From Perkinsela sp. CCAP 1560/9 (Eukaryota > Protista > Euglenozoa: Kinetoplastea), in assembly GCA_965644495.1 (NCBI GenBank), contig CBFFSA010000001.1:372001-436000 (forward strand): DNA of 64,000 nucleotides. The letters run 5' to 3'. The notes below the pieces were generated by a model that saw only the letters and a list, made by a program, of their open reading frames with translations, did not search any database and was not told the origin of the DNA. This document shows, piece after piece, positions 56,325 to 64,000 of the stretch. Each line of letters opens with the position of its first letter. Position 1 is the stretch's first letter. The position numbers and the translations under genes were made by a program.

Positions 56325-58601
56325 TTACGCTTCAATTTTTCTAGATAGACGATACTGGGGTATCTGCCTTGACATGCTTTCTCGTGGGCCTTGGCAAGCT
56401 CGGGAAAAAGCATCCGATGGAGGGACCTCGAGTGTGGCCTCCCACTGCGATGTCTGCCCAGATTTCGATAAGGTATTAAGTAGTTTGCCGCAGACTATGT
56501 TGTTTTTTATGGCCGCCTTCAAGGAATCGCTTTGTTCGAGAAATAGTGGATCAGAATTCTGGTGAGATCGTACGGTGCTAGTTACATCTTCCAACCGCTC
56601 TAACGCCTGAAAGAAGAGAGAGAGCGTCCGTTCAAGCAACTTTTCTTGTCCCACCTCTTGTATGTTTAGTAGTGCTATTTGATAGGAAGCGTATGAAAAA
56701 TAGGACGGACGAAGGAGGTATTCAAAGGGGCCAAAACGATGCTTATATTTCATTTCAAGGGAAGAAAGTGACTTTTTTATGGTAGGTGCAAGAATTCCAC
56801 TGCGCTGCAAATAGAAGTGTAACTTCAACACTGCATTCAGAGCTATACGCTGAACGTCTACTCGGAGCGCAACAGTTGGTGTAGGGAAACATAGCTTCCT
56901 TTCCCTAACGATCGGGGAAAAAAGTCTCATCGCTTTAGGACTCCTCGGAATGAACTCACGAATTCGGTAGAGAGTCGTAGAAAACTCACACATGTGTGCC
57001 AAAATATAATCCATGTATGAAAACACAAAATTCAGCTCTTCATTAGCGAAAAGCTGCAATTCGATTCCAAGGATAAGATATTCCATCATCAACCTTGTAG
57101 AAAGATCAACCACTAAAGCCGACAGAACCGCAGCTTGCTGTACTGAAGCGCACTGTTCGCATGAATTGCCATCGGACATACCCTTTCCAATGTTTTGAGA
57201 ATGCTCAACGCATAGCATGCCACCTCCTAATACGGTGGTGTCAATGTCCCACGCTTTTTGTTGCAGGCCTGCTAGCTCAGGAAATAGATTGGCAAGGCGC
57301 CGTCGATACTTTGCACGATTATGAAGAGAACAGTACATGAAATGTAGAAAAAATCTTCCGATGAGGTGAACGACTTCACTTACCTGTGCTGAAATAATTT
57401 GCTTCTCTAGGTTTATATCCAGCAATTCCTGAGGCGGAGTTCGTGCAGAATGTTTTTTAAAGTCTCGAATCCTTTGATTGCGATATTCGCAGACTGCATG
57501 AAGAGTTTTCGTCTCGCCTTGAATAACTGCCGCAATAGTAGGGCAACCATAAGTGTCGGTCAACATAGACTGAACACAACTTATCATCGGTGCAATGCTC
57601 AAAAAGATTTCTTTCTCCGGGTCGTAAGTCAGAAGCATGAGCAGTGAGCGCGCTAAAAGGCAAGGTTGACGGGAACTGAAACTCAAAACGAAAGTGAAGT
57701 ACTCTGCAAGATCTTTCCGGAGGAAATTAGTATAATATAGTATGATTTCAATATCCGAAACAATCTTTTGAAGGTAGAGAAAAATGTCATTTCTTTCCAG
57801 TGGCTTTAGCACACGCAAAGGAGTTAAAGTGGCAACCCATTTGAGAGTTACGGGGTGGAACATTTTTACCGAAGCCTCTGTACGCACGTCGGTACTGCGA
57901 AGTAAGCTTAGGCAGTTGGAAATGCTTTCCAGAGTTTGTGAAATTGATGTGGAAGGACAAACTTTGCGAGGGGGCAACTCGTTGAGTAAGCGTATGAATG
58001 ATGAATGCAAGCTAAAGTACGCAATCAGTTGTAGTGATGCCCCTTGTTTTTCTAACAACTTGGCAGCCTCATCGAGCGCTTCTAGGACGTTTTCAGTCGT
58101 ATCATTGTGTAAGAGATCAAATCCGAAGGTATATACAGGAAACTCATCGTCCTCACGAACGTCTGCTCGCATTAAAGTTTCCAATGTAAGTAGAAGAAAG
58201 CGAAGAACACCACGAAGGTAAGCATGTAAAATGGGACAAACACGTCTAAAGTCATCCATTCGAAAAAGATACGGACAGGTGTATACTGTTTGCGGTAAGG
58301 ACCGACCCTCTAACCACTGCACTTCGAGCCCCAGCATATTCTGCACAAACGATTGCATATCTTGATGAGATATACCACTCAATTCGTCGTAAGTAAGAAT
58401 GTTCCCACTCAATTGAAGTAACCTCAATGTTTTCACCTTTTGGTAGGAAACATTGCTGTCCGTCCGCGGATCAAGAATTTCTACCGCAGATATCAGATCG
58501 TGCAACTGCACACCTTCTGCAGTCGCAACTGCTCCGCGGGAAAGAGAAGCAGCTTCCGCTTTAAAGTCTCCCAACAAATCGCACGAGTTATCTTCTTTCA
58601 T
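56325..58601 (-). CDS. NAA35: NatC auxiliary subunit (Mak10/NAA35)
   Basis: SAVEILDPRTDS, WLEGRSLPQTVYTCPYL, REDDEF, HNRAKYRRRL, YKHRFGPF. Confidence 0.9.
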   Translation of the reverse strand: MKEDNSCDLLGDFKAEAASLSRGAVATAEGVQLHDLISAVEILDPRTDSNVSYQKVKTLRLLQLSGNILTYDELSGISHQDMQSFVQNMLGLEVQWLEGRSLPQTVYTCPYLFRMDDFRRVCPILHAYLRGVLRFLLLTLETLMRADVREDDEFPVYTFGFDLLHNDTTENVLEALDEAAKLLEKQGASLQLIAYFSLHSSFIRLLNELPPRKVCPSTSISQTLESISNCLSLLRSTDVRTEASVKMFHPVTLKWVATLTPLRVLKPLERNDIFLYLQKIVSDIEIILYYTNFLRKDLAEYFTFVLSFSSRQPCLLARSLLMLLTYDPEKEIFLSIAPMISCVQSMLTDTYGCPTIAAVIQGETKTLHAVCEYRNQRIRDFKKHSARTPPQELLDINLEKQIISAQVSEVVHLIGRFFLHFMYCSLHNRAKYRRRLANLFPELAGLQQKAWDIDTTVLGGGMLCVEHSQNIGKGMSDGNSCEQCASVQQAAVLSALVVDLSTRLMMEYLILGIELQLFANEELNFVFSYMDYILAHMCEFSTTLYRIREFIPRSPKAMRLFSPIVRERKLCFPTPTVALRVDVQRIALNAVLKLHFYLQRSGILAPTIKKSLSSLEMKYKHRFGPFEYLLRPSYFSYASYQIALLNIQEVGQEKLLERTLSLFFQALERLEDVTSTVRSHQNSDPLFLEQSDSLKAAIKNNIVCGKLLNTLSKSGQTSQWEATLEVPPSDAFSRACQGPRESMSRQIPQYRLSRKIEA

Positions 58602-58679
58602 GGAGGCTATTGGAATGATAACGTAATGATTTAGAAAAATGTTTTATTTACTACGTTAGTGTAATACATACATGTACCT

Positions 58680-58948
58680 CCCGCTGGAAAGAATCACCTG
58701 TAAGCGTCTTCTATACTAGCACAAAAGCACGCCGTACTTAAGATAAATGATCATACTCAAGATTGAAAGAAAAAAATATTCTCTGTGACACACCAAATGT
58801 TAATGAAGACATTCTTTTTTTTTTGAGAGACATTTTTGAAAGGCATTCTTGGTGCTTTCATCGTCAATAGAATACGACGAATAATTTTCCCCACTTTTTG
58901 TCTTATGTCCCTTTTAATCGCATCATCAATCTTTTTTTCAGTATACAT
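58680..58948 (-). pseudogene. Possible decayed histone H2B-like sequence
   Basis: Needs two frameshifts and two stops to align MSLKKKRMSSLTFGV..IF..E..V..L..IEDAYR*FFPA to the H2B core; weak. Confidence 0.2.
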
Positions 58949-59230
58949 AGGGTTTTCAATGCTTTCAAAATAGAAGAATAAAGGGGTTAATCTAAGTAAA
59001 AATGGGACAGCAAGAATGTACTTTTTTAATGTAATTGTTTTATGTAAATATTTTCCTCTTGTCAAAAAACCGATGCCCTGTTCACAAGAAGATAAATTAT
59101 TGCAGTAAGATTAATTTTTCCACTGGCCCACCGGAAGCCTACACCCCCGCCCCTCATAAATTAGATGCCATATACGTTTAATTGTTTTGTATAACATGTA
59201 CTTAACATTGATAAGATTCTGCAAAACATA

Positions 59231-59518
59231 ATGGGACCCAACTCATTGAGAAGAGACATTAAAGTAAGAAGAACGCTCGATGAGGTCATCAGAGGAGAAG
59301 TTGCCGGTCCGGCACGAATTGCAGTTGTAAGACCGTCTATTGCGAGAAAAGGAGTGCTTTGCAGAATTACACGCGCTGGAGTCAGATACGTACACAGTGG
59401 ACTTGTACTCGAGGAATTTAACAGAATGCATCGCAAGTGCCTAGAAGAAGTGATCGGAAAAGACGTACTAAATCGAGTTACTCTCGGTATTGTAGAACCC
59501 ACAAATGTTCTTGTGTAA
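59231..59518 (+). CDS. Divergent histone H4-like ORF (possibly a pseudogene)
   Basis: [30 protein letters not shown] vs H4 [39 protein letters not shown] vs RKVLRDNIQG. Confidence 0.45.
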   Translation: [95 protein letters not shown]

Positions 59519-59653
59519 AACATAAATCAACAAAAGTATTGAAAATTATTAAATAAATGAGAGTTACTACTCTAGAAAAGCTGAACGTTTGTATATAAAA
59601 CGATTGTCGCGTAGAAAATTAAACAACTGGATTGTGACCAGTAGGCTATCTTA

Positions 59654-60961
59654 GAGGGGGGGCCACGCGTCTGTGGTGATCGGCAGAATATGGCAGAAAT
59701 GGGCAATAATCTGCTGTTAACGAGGACTGCAGCGGAGAAAAAAAGTCCCATGTGAAAAAAAAATCGGTGCCGCTTCGCGGCGTAAGTCCTCAGTTACTTA
59801 ATCGTGACATCCAGCATGTACTTTGTGCTAAAAAAATGTTCTTTGCTAAAAATGTACGAAAATTATGTTAGATGTGTGTTAAAAGTCTTAATTTTTTAGT
59901 ATTTGCCTTGTTTTGATTGCAGTTCGAGAGCTTACTTCACCACATGATTTTTTTTTCAGGTGCACCAAGCCACACACCATGATACGTGATGAGGTCGAGG
60001 ATTGACTTTGCAAGCCCTTCCTCGCGAAGCGTCACCCGGCATACAACATAGTCGTCGTAGGTCCAAACATTGAAAAACAAAGTTGAAAAAAATGGGGGGT
60101 CCAGGGGGGGCATATGCTCTTTAAAAATCTTATGTTTCGAAATCCAGCGAAGGGAAGTATTAGAGTACGCCGCAGCGATAATTCCCCCCCCCCACTTGGG
60201 GGTGACCCCCCCCCCTGGTACGCGTAGGAGGGGCCCGACAAGTTCGAAATTCCAAAAAAAATCCAAAAGAAAAGTAAAAATATTATTTTTCCTAAATCGA
60301 CTCCTAAAACATATTTTAAGAGTTTGGGCTACCATTCTACGACGGTTTTTTCGTCAGGTGCGCCTCCTACCCCTACTGGTAAGGCATCAAAAGCAGCCCA
60401 AATTTGAGTCAAAATTTCGCTTTTTTGGCCCAAAAATCGGGCATTTTCACCCAAAAAATTGTATTATTCGTGATCTTTTTGGCAATTTTTTTTTTTAGTC
60501 GCTTCATTAAACGCGGGAGTAGTTTTCAACTCGAAGCACGCAACATGAGTGACTTCTACGTTGAAAACAACCACCGCGTTTAATGTCCCGTTTAATGTCC
60601 AGTAGGTGTTTGGGCGGGTGGGGGTATTTGGGCGGGGTGAGGGCGGTTGCAAGGGAGCGAATGTGGAGGGTGATTGCGGGGTTGGATGGACTGAAAATCA
60701 ACGCACTCATGAACAAAAAAGCACCTTTCTCTCCCAAAAAGTATGCCCCCTCAGTAACAAGGATTTGATCCATTTTGATCCAAAATCGATTCTATTACTG
60801 GAGGGGCATATAAGCACCAAATCAAAAAAAGCTTTCCACACAAAAAAAGCGCGCCGCTTCGCGGTGCGGGGCAGGTTCCAAAAATAAAGTACGCCTCAAA
60901 AGGACGAAACCCCTGCGATCGGCAGAATATGGCAGTGTCGCATTGGCGGTGGCCCCCCCTC
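59654..60961. mobile_element. Non-autonomous TIR element containing a nested element X
   Basis: Ends GAGGGGGGGCCAC...GTGGCCCCCCCTC flanked by TTA (or CTTAG); direct repeat GATCGGCAGAATATGGCAG near both ends. Confidence 0.65.
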
Positions 60962-61117
60962 TTAGTATCGCTGGATCATTGTTAAATAAAAAAGCTTTTC
61001 CAGAATCGCACTAATAAGTTATTTTGCTGAAACAACTTAAAACTTACATACTGAAAAAAAACCACTGTTTAGGGCTGTTTCAGAATTTTAGGCCGTAGCC
61101 CCCCATGTATCGACTTT

Positions 61118-61828
61118 CTAGAATTCTACAATTTTAGTATTTTCCCATTTCCAATCCTTTATCGACATTGGAATTTTTAGCCAAAACCAGTCGCCCTCTA
61201 GATTCGGATTGTTATGAAGATATACTTCTTCAATTTGGTCGGGAAAGAAATCCAGTTCAACAGAACCGGTAAATAAATTATCGTTCAGACGTAACACACG
61301 AAGAGTGGATGGAAAATTATAGAAATCTAGTGCTCCGGTCAGAGTGTTATGAGAAACGTCCAATACTTCAAAAGTTTGCGGCAAACCGCGAAGTCGAATC
61401 TCTCCGGATAGCAAGTTGTGATCTAATAGAATGTGTTTAATTGATCGAGGTGCTTCGGAAAACTGAATAGTTCCTGTCAAACAGTTATCTCGTGCGTTTA
61501 ATACTTCGAGTTGTGGGGGCATAATAGCGAGCGCAATGCTTCCTCGGAGAAGATTCCTGCCAATATAGAACCCCTCGATCGTCGTTGGAGCATGCTTCCA
61601 GTTTATTTCCCCCTCAAGTCTGTGATTCTCGAGATCTACGCTAACGACATTACGCTCTTCATCACATGAAGCGAATTCCCACTCACAGGAAGAAAGACTC
61701 GTATTGTACAAAGGATCTGGGCTAGTAATATTCTGTAGCATGCGTATCAAGTCATATTCTACAGGCATAGGGATATTTCGTGCTCTTCCTCGCTGGAGGC
61801 CTTCGTAAACCAAGTTTTGAAGAGACAT
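61118..61828 (-). CDS. Short leucine-rich repeat protein
   Basis: SCEWEFASC N-cap plus 5-6 LRRs; paralog of 50204-50806. Confidence 0.88.
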   Translation of the reverse strand: MSLQNLVYEGLQRGRARNIPMPVEYDLIRMLQNITSPDPLYNTSLSSCEWEFASCDEERNVVSVDLENHRLEGEINWKHAPTTIEGFYIGRNLLRGSIALAIMPPQLEVLNARDNCLTGTIQFSEAPRSIKHILLDHNLLSGEIRLRGLPQTFEVLDVSHNTLTGALDFYNFPSTLRVLRLNDNLFTGSVELDFFPDQIEEVYLHNNPNLEGDWFWLKIPMSIKDWKWENTKIVEF

Positions 61829-61855
61829 ACTTACTGTAAACTCAAATTTACACTA

Positions 61856-62812
61856 CTCCCCCCTACACAAGTAATTATAAGTATAAATTATAATTTTTTT
61901 GAATTTATATTTATAATTATAATCACTTATGGATGTGAATCTAGTGAACCTGGAGAGGGGTAGAAATTGGAATTTCATGTGATGTGATGGTATACATGTA
62001 TGGTCATGGTCAGCCGCCCATTTGGCCTCGAAAGGCTGTGGGCCCTCAACCATCCAGATGAGGTGGCTGACAGCTCAGGTATATTCCGAGCCGTCACCGC
62101 TCCTTTCGGAGCAGTTTGCATAGCCAATCGCAGATCGCCGCGATTGACCTTCATTCAGGATGGGAGCAAGAGACGCAGTTTCTTGACGTCTTGTGCTGAC
62201 GCCGGGTAGCTCCATACTCGGAAAATGCGGTGGGGAGAGCTACGGGTGGCGCGTCGGGTGGCGAGGCGGAAGCGCGGCGGGTGGGGCGGGGGGAGCGCAG
62301 TGGTGAGCGTGGCGGGGAGAGCGGCGGGTCGCGCGGTGGCAAGCGTGGCGGGGAGCGTGGCTGGGAGAAGGGGCACATGGGGGGTGTCAACAAGGTACAG
62401 AATAAAATACCAGCCAACAGGGTGATGGTATATACAGTGTATAGCACTAAAATTGTTACGCTAAATATTTCACTCATTTCGAATATGGAGTGAAACCAGA
62501 GAACCTTTTTCTCAACCCACCTTTTTGATGGTCTACCGCCAACCGAGATAAGTCGGCTATTGAAGAAGACCCGCTTGATGACCTTTTTCGAGATATCTTT
62601 GAGAAGGATTAAGTGAAGTAGTGACAGGACACTAAAAATAAATAGAAATGACAAAAAAGAGAAAATAAAAAAAAACGCGACAAAAAAAAATATCGATCGA
62701 ATCGATCGAAGTTGTATTTATAATTACTTATGAAAGGCATAGGAATTATAAGTCACAAGGGAGTAAAAGTGCTAGTTCAAGGTGTATTTATAATTACTTA
62801 TGGAGGGGGGAG
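61856..62812. mobile_element. Stowaway/mariner-like MITE hosting an SL-headed retroposon
   Basis: TA-CTCCCCCCT..AAGTAATTATAA / TTATAATTACTTA..AGGGGGGAG-TA. Confidence 0.7.
62000..62402 (-). mobile_element. SL-headed non-coding retroposon related to 45823-49599
   Basis: Starts TTCTGTACCTTGTTG; C-rich body; shared box GGAGCTACCCGG.GTCAGCACAAGACGTCAAGAAACT; TTCG hairpin; (TGACCA)2 end. Confidence 0.72.
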
Positions 62813-63020
62813 TAATTTGGTGTAGAACAAGAGAATTACACTATCATGGACCATTGATGGTATGAAAGAAATCTATGAATTATCTTTCTTCGCTTCAAAA
62901 TGACTTTACATTAAAATTACTTTGGTAAAAACAGTGCGTACCACGAATGAGATATCAATCGGCCGAAATGTAATGTAAGCGTACAACTGACAAATAATGT
63001 GCGGTGCACGACGTTTGTTT

Positions 63021-63992
63021 TTAGAGCTCCGTGTGTAGTAATGGGAAATTGTTATCATCCCTCAAAACTGTACCAGGAGCAGTTTTATTAAGCAAGTTCT
63101 TTGGAATCCATGTACTCCTTAAACCGGTGAAAGTAGAACCTTCTGGAATTAAACTATATGATACGGCTGACCAACGATGAGAAGTAACGTTAGCTCCTAT
63201 GCCCATGAGAGTAGAGTGATCCACCAGTAAAATATCACCGGATTTGGGAAATATCGGTTGAATGTTTGTTTGAGAAATATCGTTGTCGTGCGGTATTATT
63301 TTTTGTTCCCCAAGCTTGTAATGTCGGTACCACAGACCGAAATCAAAGCTGACAGGCTGAGTGCGTTGCCTATGGATATCTTCCATTGTGGGAAACTCAT
63401 TTCGCATCACTTCCTGACTTCCTCGGATCAAACACGGGGCGCCATTCGTCATTGTAACGTCTTGAAGAAACAGCCACATAGTACATCCCCTTGACTCCAC
63501 CTCCCCTCGTGTATTGCTAAGACCAAGATAAGGTAAAACGCAATGCAAAGGTAGTGCATTGCTAAAGGGTTCTTTTACGAATAAGTCTTCACACCAGAGA
63601 CGTAGACCGACACAGCCGGTGAGTTGTGCCGCAGTGACGAAAGGAAGTACGGATGGGTTCGCAAGAAGAACATGCCTTCGAATGGTGTCGCAAGATTGAA
63701 ATAGGTTATAATGGTGAGTTCCCATGCTACGAATATACGCATGGAACTCGTCATAGTAATATCTTTTTCTCATCTCTTCATAAAACTTTGGATTATTCAT
63801 CCAATTCTTATCCTGCATAGTAGATTTCGCTTGCTCTTCGGTCATCATACGAGGACCAAATTTCTTTTGAAAGCGCTTTATCAAACGATCACGATGCTTT
63901 TCAGAGCGGCACTTAACATAATAAGTACGATTTCCTCGTGAGGGCACAGACGAAGTTGAGCCTCTGCTGAGTCCATCGTCGGTGCTGTTCAT
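63021..63992 (-). CDS. PhyH (phytanoyl-CoA dioxygenase)-fold protein, probably non-catalytic; may start beyond the window
   Basis: MWLFLQDVTMTNGAPCLIRGSQ and KSGDILLVDHSTLMGIGAN; HxD and distal His not intact. Confidence 0.78.
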   Translation of the reverse strand: MNSTDDGLSRGSTSSVPSRGNRTYYVKCRSEKHRDRLIKRFQKKFGPRMMTEEQAKSTMQDKNWMNNPKFYEEMRKRYYYDEFHAYIRSMGTHHYNLFQSCDTIRRHVLLANPSVLPFVTAAQLTGCVGLRLWCEDLFVKEPFSNALPLHCVLPYLGLSNTRGEVESRGCTMWLFLQDVTMTNGAPCLIRGSQEVMRNEFPTMEDIHRQRTQPVSFDFGLWYRHYKLGEQKIIPHDNDISQTNIQPIFPKSGDILLVDHSTLMGIGANVTSHRWSAVSYSLIPEGSTFTGLRSTWIPKNLLNKTAPGTVLRDDNNFPLLHTEL

Positions 63993-64000
63993 CGCACCAG

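Overview
Intron-less eukaryotic DNA, most likely a kinetoplastid. The evidence is strand-clustered genes, spliced-leader (SL) sequence with the TTG|GTATGAGAAGCT exon/intron junction, and short LRR genes of a type I associate with Perkinsela; the taxon is an inference. A + strand cluster (IF3-like, SNAPC4-like Myb, HAD phosphatase; 60-5135) and a - strand cluster (LRR, alpha-SNAP, proteasome alpha3, NAA35, LRR, PhyH-like; 50204-63992) converge on about 45 kb of nested mobile DNA. This region holds RTE-group LINE relics with RNase H, two tRNA-headed SINE families sharing a core, pogo/Tc1-like DDE transposons, many MITEs/foldbacks and a ~5.2-kb tandem array with an assembly gap. The main discovery is a set of apparently non-coding retroposons whose 5' ends are SL-exon remnants and whose 3' ends are LINE-type microsatellite tails. 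One is bounded by a 13-bp TSD and carries two stacked SL remnants. A separate TSD-bounded insertion is an SL RNA-SINE chimera. A divergent histone H4-like ORF, with a weak H2B-like partner, is also noted. All family assignments are by eye; no searches were run.
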